From positions 8,258,517 through 8,322,516 of the forward strand of contig BFEA01000003.1 of assembly GCA_003427395.1 (NCBI GenBank): a stretch of 64,000 bases of DNA, written 5' to 3'. This DNA is from Chara braunii. Taxonomy: Eukaryota > Plantae > Charophyceae. Every line of letters starts with the position of its first letter. Within the stretch, counting starts at the first letter, position 1. The position numbers and the translations under genes were made by a program. Of this stretch, positions 24,781-37,228 are shown one piece after another. A model generated the notes under the pieces. The model had not been told where the DNA came from and made no database searches. It saw only the letters and a program-made list of their open reading frames with translations.

Positions 24781-25116
24781 TCATATTTGCATAAGCACCA
24801 ACTGCTTGGAATCGAAATGCATGCGGGCACCTACCGCCATTGCCCAAGGCAGTTCCAACAACACCGAGTATGAGTGCACATCTATGACCAAGGCATTAAC
24901 GAGGACGTGTACTCGTCCAACTTTCACGGTCACATTCTCAATGACTCCTATGATATTCATTGCTTCTTCGTCAGCAGAGACGTAATTGTCCTTGCCAGAT
25001 TGAGGGAGAATCGAGTTGAGTCGTCCCGTTTTTTTCACCGTTTCTAATGATATAGCGACCGCAGAGGAGCCGGTATCGATGAGGGCGTTAAAAGGTTTGC
25101 CCCATACTTCGCAATG
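24781..25116 (-). pseudogene. Retroviral-type aspartic protease
   Basis: ALIDTGS catalytic motif and VLL(G>E)LPW. Confidence 0.85.
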
Positions 25117-27710
25117 GAGGGATTTGAGGAAAACTTTGTCCAAGTACCAGATCGCCGATTTATACAAAACGGATGCTAGAATTACGTTGTTTATTATCAT
25201 TGATCTGCCAAAAATCGATGTATGTTTATTTTTTCATATTTCGAATTTAGACTGAGTTGGTTGAGAGATCCATTCATTATGGGACTTTGGTTTTCCTTCA
25301 GCTGATAGTGAGATCCCTAGTACTCTGATTGGGGTATCCAAGGGTAACCACTTAATTCTAGGTAACTCTGGTGGTCGCTCTCCTTGGTGATGTATCCACC
25401 ATCTAGTTGTCTTGTTACCCCAGTTAATTTTCATGTCTGAGAGGAGACAAAATTTGTCCATAATTTTTTGAATTTCTGTCATGTTTTCTTTGGTAGCATC
25501 TATCATTATAGTTAAATTATCTGCAAAAAGGGAACAGACTGCAATCGCCTCTTCTGGGATGCTAATGACCTGTATGCAACGGATATCTTTGTGTTGTCTT
25601 AAGTTTGCTGCTAGTGCCTCCATGATAATGACAAAAAGGAAGGGTGCCAAGGGATCCCCTTGTCTGACAGATCTCTCTAATGAAATTGAGGGGGTCAAAT
25701 TATTATTGACCATCACTCTAGTTGTAGCGTTTTGGTGTAAAATTTTCACCCATCTTCTAAAGTTTGGTCCAAAATTAAAATTTTCCAAACATTTATCCGG
25801 GAAAAACCAATCCACATGATCATATGTCTTTTCAAAGTCTATGAAGATAAAGGCAGCATTATGTTTAGATTGGCGAGAGATTTTCAGAAGTTCATTTACC
25901 AGAAGAATATTATCCTGGATATTCCTCCCATTTATGAACCCTGTTTGAGATGGGTGTATAATTTCCGGCATGATCTTGGTCATACGATTTGTTAAAGTTT
26001 TTGCTATTAGCTTATAAACCACCGTGAGAAGGGTTATTGGACGATAGTTTCTTATGTTCATCTTGTCACCTTTTTTGTATAGAAGTGTGAGAATTCCTTG
26101 TCCTACAAATTCCCCCATTTCTCCTGAGGCCCATACCTCTTGATAATAATCCATTAAATCTCCTGAAATATTATTCCATGTAGCTTCCCAGAATTTTTTA
26201 GGAAAACCATCTATGCCTGGGGATTTATCTTCTTCCATCAGTAAGAGGGCTTTCCATATTTCATCCTTACTTAGAGGTTTGTCCATTATCTCCTTTTGCT
26301 CTTCTGATATTGTTTTTTCTAATGGCCGAAGAAAATCATCGATTTCTATTATTTGTTGTTCTTTTGGGATGTGTTTGTTTTGTGAAGAAAAAAGTGTCTT
26401 GAAAAAATCCCTGACAATTTTAGTGCAAGCTCCTGTCGAGGTGACTATATTTTTATCGTGGTGTACAGGGTCTTCTAGAGCTTCAATGATTATTCTTCCA
26501 TTTCTTGCTCTAGCCATGACGAAGAATCGTGCATCCATTGATCCTTCCATATTATGAATTTTAAGTTTACCCCTTATTCTTAACCCCTGTCATCGATACT
26601 CCATTTGAGTCAGTAACTGAGTTTCTAGATTTTGTAGTTCTTGAGCTATTGGTTCTAGGGCATCTTGTTCTTGTGAGTCAATCTCTTGATTGTGCAATTC
26701 ATGGATTCTGTTATAGATGAGGGTTTCCTTGGTGTGTTTTTGTCTTGCTATTAGTCTAGAATATTCATTGCATTTACGGCCTAAAAAAGCTAGACCGTTG
26801 TTGAACCATTTAATGTTATCTTGTAGATGATCCTTTTGCTCTCTCCAAAAATTTCACACGTCTCGGAGATAGTTTAGGAAGCAATCCGTCTTGAGGAAGG
26901 AAGTATTTAGATGATAGAATCCTTTCCCATGATCTGGTTTCTTTCTGAAGGACAAAATTACCACGCACATAGCATGGTCCAATCCTGGGAAAGGACTTTG
27001 GGGAAAAATCTCTGCTAGTTGGAGAGCACCTTGTAATTCTTCTGCCACCAAAATCAAATCAATACGAGATTTAGAGTTAATATTGACGGTGCCCTTTCCG
27101 AAGCACGTAAATTTTTTTAACGTTGGATTTAACCTCCTATAAGAATCGAAAAGATTGAGGGACTGACATAAGTTAGATATTATCTTCTCATCCATTGTCA
27201 TGTAGCTTGGGCAGGGGGAGTAAGGTCGCCACCTATCTAAAAATCTATCAGGGGCGGCATTAAAATCCCCTGTTATGATCAAGGGAATGTCAACTGGTAA
27301 TCGTGGGAATATATTTTCAAAAGATTTTTGTCTTTCCCCAATTTCATTTGGACCATACACACACATAATCCGCACCATCTCTATTTCTAGCATGGCTAAA
27401 ACATACACCCACCTACCCTGTTCCTGGTCTTTAACTGTACATGTAATTTCTGCTTAGGATAGGGGAGAGATCCATATAGCTACCCCTGAGCTCCCTGGAG
27501 AAATAACATATGCCCTATAAGATTGGTAAGGCCATATCTGGTTGTGTAGATAATTATGCATATGTGTATCCATTAGGTGTGTGTTTCCTGGATGCATATT
27601 ACATCTGGCCATTCTTTTCCATCAATCCCTTTTAATTGGTCGTAAATTACTTGTCTTTTATTTGTTTTAGCCGATGCCAGTCCATTAACATTCAAGGATC
27701 TGAGGTCTAA
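25117..27710 (-). pseudogene. LINE B ORF2: APE endonuclease and RT
   Basis: SLNVNGL, VYGPN, GDFN, SRIDL, LDH; KSPGIDG, NYRPITLL, DFEKTYD, VRQGDPLAP, LFADN, LGI. Several stops and frameshifts. Confidence 0.95.
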
Positions 27711-27844
27711 ATCTGCCTGTCTCCTCAACAATTTTCAATCCTTGTCTTTATTGTACAAAGCGTCAATTATTTTAATTCCTTCCATTTTGGTGGGATTGAA
27801 AAGTGACATTGGCCAACTTTACGGTTTATAGGAGGTATGATTCC

Positions 27845-30800
27845 TTAGATATTTTCCCAGGGACGAGAGTCAAGTACCCCTCCCTTTTCCATGATTCCAT
27901 GCTTAAGCAATCTTGCAAGAAGGATCCCTACATCCTCTTCTGACCAAAACAGTCCAGCCTTAATTTTAAGCATTTGAATGTCTTTCAGTGCTTCCTGACC
28001 AAACCATTTCAGCTCATCTTGTTTAGCCCCTTCGTATTTTAAGTACACATCTCTCTCAGCTATCCTCTGATCTTCAGTGGTTAGAATCATGATAGCTACA
28101 CCTCCTGGTGGGAAATTATCCTTTGTAATTTTTAGTATTTCCATTTTTATCCACTCATCTCACGCAATTCTCCCTGTTAGAGAGACAGGGGACATATGCT
28201 GAAGATTTGCCCCCTGCAGTGTTACTTCCCCATATTCCGCTCCATGAGGCTCAGACAACCCTACTTGCCAAATACCCCCCTTGTGTCTCACCGACATTAT
28301 GACAGTACCAGTTTTTGATGGAGGAAGATCCCCTTGGCCTTGAATTAACCTTACCCTGAGTTTTTGTCTTTTGCTGGTTAGGGTTAATTCAGTATGCATT
28401 ACATTTTGTTCTTCCCCTTCTTCTAGATCCTTACTTATTTTCTTCCTTCTTTCTGTCTCTTGAGCGAATTGCCTCACTGGTTTTCCTGAAATAAGTAGGA
28501 ACTTTTTTTCTCCCGTCACTTCAGACACAATTTCCTGATATTCGTGAGGGGTCTTTCCATTGTGACAGAGGGTTTTCTTAGATGGGTAATCTTCCTCAAA
28601 CACTGGATGGTGATGTCTTTCTTGTGTTTCTACTTGATTTACCCCCTTTTTGTTCGTTTCTAGGGGCAGTAAGATGAGTCTGAGGTCATCCGTGGTCTGC
28701 TGAAATAGTAGTGTACCAGACATAGTTGGGATGACATCATTGCCATCAGTTTGCAGAACCACTCCTGATGGGCTTAAGAATAGTTCTTTATTTCCACCGT
28801 CCTCTCCCTCCATCTCATACATTGCTCGATGTTTTTGTAATGCTTTCACGAGGTTGGTGGACTGCTGAGTGAGACACAGTTCATGATTCTTGATCATCCC
28901 ATCTTGAGTCTGTTGCATGTGTGTTATTTCCTGTCTTGCCAGTTCAGCTGAGCCTATGTGATTCCTTGACTGTCTTTTTTGTGCTGAACCTGTGTGATCT
29001 TTTTGTTCATTTTTCGTTGGTTCCTTAACTGGCCGTTCCATTGTGGGGGCAACGCTGTCTGCCAGCCGAACTCCTGGTGGCCTGGCAGACACCGTGTTGT
29101 CTTGCTGAGATACCAGGCTCACTTCCATGAGGTTCTGCTGAAGAGAGACGTTCATCTGAGAGTGTTGCAAATACCCCAAGGAAGGGGAACCATTAACCAG
29201 CAGTTGTAGACCGTGGTCCCCTGGGCTGTTTTGTGATTTCTTCTTTTTCTTCTTTTTTTTTCTTTTTTCGAAAGGCATTTTTCCTTTGCTATTTTTATTG
29301 AGTTCATGTTGAGATTTGCAGGGGGTATGTCTCAACCATGATAGCCTTTTGCTGTGTGCAACTTGGTTGGTTGTTTTTCTTTTTTCTGAATATATTTTCA
29401 CGGTAGCTACAAGGCCGGGTTTACTTTTGTGGTAAGGAGACATGGTCTTGTGTTTCCTGGCAAGAGCTCTTAGCTTCCTTAGGCTGCCGAGATGTGGTGT
29501 ACTCACCAAGTTGGGAGTAATTGTGTGTGGGGCTCGTTCCTGACTCAGAGGTTCTAACTGTTTACTGTTGTTTAACAGTGGAGGCAGAAATTTTTCTGAT
29601 AATGCAGTAAGCAATCTATTCCCTAAGGTAATCCAGTCTGATCCTGGCGGAAGACCATACTGCAGAGTCAGCTTCAAGCTGTCGCTATTAACCAGTACCA
29701 ACATTAGTTGCCCTTTTATTTGCTGCCAGGCTTCCTCACTCCAGTCTGGAAACATAGTTTTCATATTAAGAAGCAGCCAATCTGCCAATTTTGTCAGTTC
29801 CGCATGCAGATCGTCAGGTCCTTCCTTCCCTCTACTCAACAGGGCTGAAAAGGAGGGGACTGAAATCGGGGCATCTTCTAATTCCATGTGATCTGTGCCC
29901 ATTACAGTTTTCAACGGATCTACCTCCATTGGGAGCGGTGTTTGATCTTCCGAAGACTGTTGTGATTGAAGCTTATTTTTTGGGACCTGTTCCCGGGGGG
30001 ACTGATGTGAATGGGACTCATTTCCAGGGTCCTATTCCAGGGAGGAAGGACCTGCATTTCCATTATTGGTTTTTTGTCCTTTTCTTCCCACTACCCTCCA
30101 TTCTGTTCCTTGATTTGGTTTGGTCTGGGAAGGTAATTCTGTGGATTAGGTCCCAAGGATCTTAACGCTTCTCCCTTCTGTCCTGATTTATGTAGGAGAT
30201 TAGTTTGTTCTTGTGAGGTGGTTATCTCTTGTCTCTTCCTTTGTTCTGTATTCCCTATGATCCTTGCGTTCTTTCCCTGCCCTTCTGTATTAACTGGGCC
30301 TTCAGCCCTACGCGAACCTGATGACTGTGTTCCTCTTCNAACCTGATGACTGTGTTCCTCTTCCCCCCCCTCCTCCATGATGCAGTTGTTGGCGTGGATG
30401 TTGGTGATGCTGCTGAGATGGTAGCCATTCCAATGGTGGACGTGGTGGTTTCCTCATATCCCCTCGCCCTTCCCAGAACCATCCAAAAGGCTGACCCGCT
30501 TGGTTGATCTCATCATTATACACCCACCCCTCATATCCTTGTGCTACAAGAATCCATCTGTGTGGCCTCTGCAGATCCTTTTTGAGATATTGATCTACAG
30601 TAGAAGCATGCTGTGGGTGGAGCGGATACGCAAATTCCGACATAAGGTGTCCATATGCTTTGCATTTGAAACACCAGGGTCGGAGTTTGTGCGCTGTATG
30701 AATCTGATAAATCCGCCCTCCTATTTTGAATGGAATAATGTCATCCAAGGAAAACGGTTGATCCTTTGGTATATCCAGTGCCAACATCAAATAATCATCT

Positions 30801-32131
30801 CGTTTGGCAACGTGAGTAGGCAGGGGGTCGATGAAGTCAACGATCTTATACTGCTGCCCAAAATCGTGGACGAATGCTGCTTGAACTTCAATTGGGATGT
30901 GTCTCAGTTCTACCCAATAGAAGTCTCTCATTAGTTGATCCCTATTTTCCTCTGGTCCCACTTTTTTCGGCAGCCAAGGGTAAATGCGAGCCTCTGATCC
31001 TTCCCATTTCAGTTTCTTCCAACCATTCATCTGTTGTTTATCCTTTTCAAACATGCTGATGATTGTGAAGACTGTCGGCGAGATTGGTTGAATTAAGAAA
31101 AATTCAAATACAGCTTCAGGCCTATCCTTCATTGTCTCTAATCTTTTGCATATCCATTTTGTTTTATTGTTCATTGACCTTACTGCGCTGTTATCATAGA
31201 ATATCCAATTACTTGCGTGTTTAGTATAGATCTCTTCTCTCTTCGCTAGTTTGTCCGTAGGATAAGCTTTCATTAGTGACTTTCTTCCCCCTTGATCAAA
31301 TATGAGTTGTTCTGAGGCATGGAGGAAAAGAGTTAGGAAATAGGCTCTGGCTAAAGATAGATTCCTCATTGGAGCTTAGAGTTCGTCACTCTGTGCGCCT
31401 GATGGGCCAATGGAGGATCTGCTGATGTTTAATGTTTTGTCCTTCAGAGTCTCTCGGACTCTTTGCACCCAAGTGGGTTGGACTGTTGTGACCTCTGGCG
31501 GTGAAGGAGCTGATTTAGTTACGTTGGGATGAAGAGGGGATGAGTTGCTTACTGACTGCTTCTCCGTCTTCCCACTTGATGTAAGTGCAACGTTCCTTTC
31601 TTCTTCCGTCAATATCTCCCCCTCCATGTCCAAATCCCCTAGGCCATGAGGAGTATTTTCGTTGCGTAGTTCATTCTGAGAGGGTTGAGAAATACAGTGC
31701 GAATCCACAGAGTCTTCTCCCCCTGATTCAGTCTGTGGGTTCTGAGGATTTTGATGAGGAGAAGAGGTCATACTCATTCGTTGATTATTCTCATTATCCT
31801 TCTTTTGTTGCTTTGAAATCATTACACCTTTACCTTGTGCAGNCGTTCCTCGATGCATATTAGCATCTGCTTGTGAATCTGATTGAGGCAAAACTTGATT
31901 GGGTAGTGTGCTGGAAGCGTGTGCAATCCTCTGTACACTACCCCCTTCCTGTCTGTGCCTGACCCTCTGACTTGCCTCACAACTCCCCAGCCCCATCCCT
32001 TGCGAACCATATCCTGCTCCTGGTCGTGTATACGGCGCGATCCCCAGATTCCGAGTAAGGGAATGCCTCATCGCTCCTTGATAAAAGAGGAGCGACTCTG
32101 GCCCCTTCCCTCTCCTGGCATTCAGCCTCAT
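27845..32131 (-). pseudogene. LINE B ORF1 (long; zinc knuckle)
   Basis: YWVELRHIP...WCFKCKAYGH. Pieces 31376..32131/30308..31369 and 28160..29929/27845..28144 are each in frame across single stops. Confidence 0.7.
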
Positions 32132-34141
32132 TTTGATAGTTTCTTCTTGTTTCTTGCGTTTGCTCAGAATTGTTGATATATATTATGATGAATTTATTAT
32201 TGAGTACTTATTTAAGTGATGATGAACATCTCGTGACGTGGGCGGAAACCAAGTACTTTTAGGTTGGAGAAGGGAAGTCAACAGGGGAGAGGTCTAGGGA
32301 GTGATGACGCACCTTTCCTGATCAGCTGAATCATGTGACATGGGATGAGCTTTCCTTGTTGCCTGTAGCTCCCCCCGTTTTCAGTATCTTATAATACCGT
32401 GCCTGAGGAGTCCTTCTTTCACTTGTTGTTTTCTTCCAAGGGCTGACCAATGACCCTTTGCTCTATGCCCCTCTCCCTCGTTTCCTTTTCTCCTTACGAC
32501 TCAGCTTTTAGTACTCATTTCCCGTCTGAGTCTCCTTTTGGTACTTCTTTTCCTTGCCAGCCTTGATTTTACTCCTCTACTGTTTCCGCTCTCAACCCTG
32601 ATATCCTCCTTTTCTTTCGGCTGGTGCTACGTATTGTCTAGCCCTCCTCTACCTTCTCACTCCTTGTGTACAATTGATATTCCGCTTTATGTCTGCCTAT
32701 GGATTAACACAATCCAACCTTGTTCACATAACCTAAACTAGCATCTGAGAAAATAAGTTATGGCTATGCTTGTATGATGGTTTTTTTTTTTTTTTTTTGA
32801 GCTTTTCTCTCCTGAACTCGCCCACTCTGTATTCTTGCTTAGAATATCGTATTCTAGTGTCTGAGACAATAAATTATGACGTCACTCTTAAGATTGTATT
32901 GGCTTCTCCTAATCAGCTCTGAGTTCACCCACAACCGCATTTCTGTGTTCTTACTCGGGTATCGCCATGTGGAGGTATAGTCAAAACTCCCTTCCTANTA
33001 TCTTTCACCCAGAGCCTCCTTGCCTCCTTGTTCCTACTGAACACAACCTCTTACTGCCAAATACCTATGACCTCTACCTNCCAATGGTGATTGTTAACCG
33101 GTGCTGACTAGACTGCGACTTTGGCGCGGGATGACGTCAACATTTCTGACTCCACAATGAGTTGGCCCAAGATACTCTTTCGAAAGTCCTGACTACCTCC
33201 TCTCTTCATACATTCACACTACGAGGCNAGAATTGACGANTGTAGCTAATAATTATAGAATTGTAGATGGGATAGATAACCTCTCATGACTTGAGACCAC
33301 CAGTCCCGATAGACTTGCCTGCTCTTCCTCCTTTTGTCCTTGTCTCAGTGGTTCACTCTTGATGACCATTTACTGACGAACTCCCGAAATATTCAACAGT
33401 CTGCGGCGTCAGGTACCACCAATGTGTCACCTTCCACCGTCTGAAATGATAGTATTCGCTGTTGGAGAGTTGTGTTTACCTGCAGCAACGTTTTGATGTA
33501 GATGCCAATATCTTAACGCCACACTAACCCGCACTTTGCCTTATCAAGGGCGCACTCCACCTACTCCATCGATGTTGAGATTCTCAACATTCCTCTGGCC
33601 TTCTGCCGTGCGTGGAAGCACTTCGGCTATGGAGCTTTTTGCGGACACCAGGCGATAGAAAGTAGTGGACAGGTCTACCCTGCCTCCCAACCTTCCTTTG
33701 ACTGGTGCTGATGTGGCTCCATGTCAGCCTGTGACGTGGACACAACAAGAGCCTTCGACTATGGTTGCGCGTGCGTTAGGCGCTCTGTCGAGCCACTCCA
33801 AACCTTCGAGATCCCCCCACATGTCCATCTTAAGTATTAACCAGCTCAGGGTTGCGGTCCCACTAGCAGTGCCACGTGGCTGAGGGGATACCGGCCCTAT
33901 CCTCCTACAGTAGTGCAAGGTGTGTGATCTTCCGTGTTTGCCTCGTGGGGGAACGTTCCCTTCTTTTTTTCTCCCGCCCTTCACAGGGGGGGGGGGAGGG
34001 GGGACGTATCTTCCCCATATTAATAACAAATTTAAAAAAAGGTCAGAAATAGTGAAAAAAAAAGATAAAAAGAAAAAAAAAAGAATTTCCTTTCACTGTT
34101 TTAACGACCTTGCAGTTCGCTGAAAAGGAAAAGAGAGCTTT

Positions 34142-34653
34142 GGGGCTTGCCACACAGCCTTTCGAAACGTGCAAAATAGACGCAGCATCTTCGCCACACA
34201 GGCTTTAGAAACAAGTGCCATGGAAAATGTTTCGAAAGGTGTCAGACAGTTCCGCGTCGAAAGTCGTTTTGAAGGAGCACGATTGTCTTGCCTGGCACGA
34301 GCGTTTCTTCAAAAGCCAAGAGTGGTCTTGTGAAAAGTCCCACTCGACGGCCTATTGGCAAAAACGAAAAAGTAAGAAAAAGGGGCGATAAGAAGGGCCT
34401 GGCTCTACGACATGCACAAAAGACAAAATTCATGGTGGGGTTATCTTTCCATGTTCTACGCAAATATTCACACTCTCGTTTTACACGCGTCAAGAGTAGT
34501 GGAGCGAGGTCCTAATGTGCATATCGAAAGGCCTCAGTGTTTCGGAAAGTCTGTGTGGCGAAGGGGGGGGTTCCTTTCGGCCGGCAGCCTTTCGAATGAA
34601 GTCTGACACCTTTCGGAAAATGCCGTCATTCGAAAGACTGTGTGGTGAGCCCC
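34142..34653. mobile_element. PIF/Harbinger-type MITE with nested MITE at 34395-34512
   Basis: TIR GGGGCTTGCCACACAGCCTTTCGAA / TTCGAAAGACTGTGTGGTGAGCCCC, 3-bp TSD TTT. Confidence 0.75.
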
Positions 34654-34937
34654 TTTGTCCATTGGAACCTCTCGCCAAAAAAACATCTCACCTTTGTTCC
34701 TATCTCTTGGGGCTCACTTTGCTAGCACCCTGCTACGGTTTTCTCCGGTCAGGTCGAGCGGCAGTGGTCGGGTCCGTCACTCCGCGGCCATGCTGTTCCT
34801 CTAGTGCCAGCGGCGTGTCTGGAGTGTAGTTTTTGGCTGTGACAGACCTTTATTTGTTTCATGGGTGTTTTGCTGGCGTGTGATGGGGTGTGAACTGACA
34901 GTCTGTAGAGTTTTCCATCTAGTGTGGGTGAGTGATA

Positions 34938-35342
34938 GGGTCTCACTCCACTACTGTCCCCTGTACGATTTCGTGTAGTTGGCCATCGCTCCACTTACTA
35001 TACAAAATGTACCTTCAAAACTACGTGTATAGTTGTCAGATGGCACCCTCCAGGTTCGCCATACGATTCTGTATAGTTCCCAGCCTGCAAAAGTCGTTAT
35101 TCTGAGGGTGGTCGAAGGAGGCCGCTGTTCGAACGTGAAATCGGATAGTCCGCCTGGAGTCTGGGCCGACAAACTGCTGTCTTGTAGTGCTCTAAGGGTG
35201 TTTTGTAGTGAACGGGAACTGGAGACTTGTATAGCAGATAGTAAGTGGAGCAACGCCCGGTTTTATACGTTTTTTCGCGCTCTGACAGCTATACCCCAAC
35301 TATACGAAATTGTGTATAGTGGACAGTAATGGAGGGAGACCC
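34938..35342. mobile_element. PIF/Harbinger-type MITE
   Basis: TIR GGGTCTCACTCCACTACTGTCC / GGACAGTAATGGAGGGAGACCC, TSD ATA. Confidence 0.8.
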
Positions 35343-35345
35343 ATA

Positions 35346-36046
35346 GGCTCTCTGTCCACTACTGTGCACTATACAGAATTTCGTATAGCGGCCATATAAC
35401 AGTCAGAGCTAAAAAAATCGTATAAACCGTGGCGTCGCTCCACTTCCTATCTGCTATACAAGTCTCCAATTCCTGAGTTCACTAAAAAATACCTGCACAG
35501 CAATACACGACAGCAATTTGTCGGTCGAGACTCCATGTGCTCCATTCAATTTCGCAGTAGAACCATTTTTAAATTTTTTTTTTTAACAGACATACCCTGA
35601 GTTGATGCTAGGGTAGCTGATAAGAGCATACTACCCTAGCACTCTCTGGGAGGCTCCATCTATTTGTGGGGAGCAGCACCTGCTGGAAAGCGGGTCCAGC
35701 GTCCCTCACATTGAAAAGTGAAATTTGAATTCAATTTCGCGGTAGAACCAATTCCTGAGATCACTACAAAATACCCATACAGCACTACATGACAGCAATC
35801 TGTCGGTCCAGAGTCCAGGTACTCCATTCAGTTTCGCGGTAGAATGCCGACCTCCTTCGACCACCCTCCGAGTAACGACGTTTGCAGGCTGGGAACTACA
35901 CGGGATCGTGTGGTGAATTTGGAGTGCACCATCTGACAAATATACGTTGGTTTCCGAAGGTACATCGGGATAGTACATTGGGATAGTAAGTGGAGCGGTG
36001 TCCCACTATCCGAAATCGTACAGCAGATAATAGTGGAGCGAGATCC
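35346..36046. mobile_element. Related MITE in inverse orientation, containing a short retroposed insert (about 35565-35729) and a ~95-bp duplication
   Basis: Internal sequence is the reverse complement of 34938-35342. The T-run insert is flanked by ATTCAATTTCGC(A/G)GTAGAACCA. Confidence 0.6.
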
Positions 36047-36158
36047 ACTATGATCGTCTTTGATTCTCGTCACAGGTACCTTGAAGGCATTGGTTGGTGC
36101 CCACCTCAGGATATCAGTTGTCAGGCAGCCGTTGATGCTTATTCACAACCGAGGTTAA

Positions 36159-36733
36159 GGGCCTCGCTCCACTACTGTCCACTATACAAACTTTTGCGTA
36201 GTTCGTGGACAGCTGTGAGAGTGAGCCGAAACCTTGGAAACCGGGCATTGCTCCACTTACTGTCCACTGTTCCACTTACTGTCCACTGTACAGCACTCCG
36301 ACGGTGAATGCACTACAAGACAGGGCATAGGCCCTCGCTCCACTACACAACACAATACATGCATCTAGACGCATCTGGACCAGGTGCATTGGGATGAATC
36401 CAACACTTCCAATGCATCTGGTCTAGAATGCTTCTAAATGCATGTAGAGTGTTGTGCAGTGGAGCGAGGCCCATAGAAAGCATTTTGTCAGCTCAAACTC
36501 CGAGTACACTGTCAAAGTTCGGGTCGGCATAGTTTGTTCCTTGAAGGACTTTCCACAAAACGAATTTTGCAGGCTGGGAACTGGACAATCCCGGACAGTG
36601 GATTGTCCGACTTCTCCCTACTGTCCGATTTCTCCCTACTGTCCGAGCAGTTTTTCACATGGACAGTGGACAGTACATGGAGAGACGCCCCACTGTCGAT
36701 TTTTCTATAGTGGACAGTAGTGGAGCGAGGTCC
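36159..36733. mobile_element. PIF/Harbinger-type MITE with nested fold-back MITE at 36330-36472
   Basis: TIR GGGCCTCGCTCCACTACTGTCCACTATA, TSD TAA. Nested copy has TSD ATA and is almost fully palindromic. Confidence 0.88.
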
Positions 36734-36777
36734 TAAGTTGGATCATCACTTACAGTGTAATCAGTTAGGGGATTCTG

Positions 36778-36839
36778 CAGACTGTTCAGGCTTCACCCTC
36801 CTCATGAGTCAGCCGGTGAAACTCCGACGAAACAGTTTG
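36778..36839 (+). ncRNA. Type III hammerhead ribozyme, decayed copy
   Basis: cagactg-TT-cagg..cctc-CTCATGA-gtc..gac-GAAA-cagtttg; core G5 is mutated to C. Confidence 0.65.
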
Positions 36840-37077
36840 TCACAGCCCCTCATTTGTTGCCCTCTTCTCCCTCCCTCTCTGCCTACGGTTTACCGGTCAG
36901 CTCTGTTTGACTAGATATATGTGTGTATGTATATATTATCTGTGGTGTAATTTGCAGGCGCCTATGACTGTAGGAGGAGTGGAACAGCAGGGCGTTTTCT
37001 CCAAGTTCTAAACCGACAACAGAACATAGCACAAATGGATTGCCAATGTCAGACTATTAGTTATCAGTACCGATTGT

Positions 37078-37228
37078 GGGCCTTGCCACAGCACTCTCGA
37101 AAAGTGAAAAAACGAAAAAGAAAAAGGAAAAAAATGAAAAAGACAAAAATGTGGCGGGTGCATCCAGCCATCTTCTTGAGGGAAGTTCATTCTCATTTGC
37201 ACATTTGGAGAGTGGTGTGGCGATGCCC
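37078..37228. mobile_element. PIF/Harbinger-type MITE (sister copy at 63126-63270)
   Basis: TIR GGGCCTTGCCACAGCACTCTC / GAGAGTGGTGTGGCGATGCCC, TSD TGT. Confidence 0.8.

Larger units (their letters stand above)
18721..25116 (-). mobile_element. Ty3/Gypsy LTR retrotransposon internal region (gag lost, RNase H largely deleted)
   Basis: Domain order PR-RT-(RH)-INT on the minus strand. Confidence 0.92.
25117..33813 (-). mobile_element. LINE B, 5' half (long 5' region, ORF1, APE endonuclease, RT)
   Basis: Preceded on the minus strand by TSD AAGATGGACATGTGGGGG (33831-33814) at a TT/AAGA site. ORF1 and ORF2 domains listed below. Confidence 0.88.

Noticed and set aside
33373-33389. CTGACGA..GAAA hammerhead-like core
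   Set aside because: Stem II closing pair (A-C) and stem I could not be formed.
34940-36733. Recurrent GCTCCACT motifs as a CRISPR-like array
   Set aside because: They are MITE terminal and subterminal repeats in both orientations with irregular spacing.
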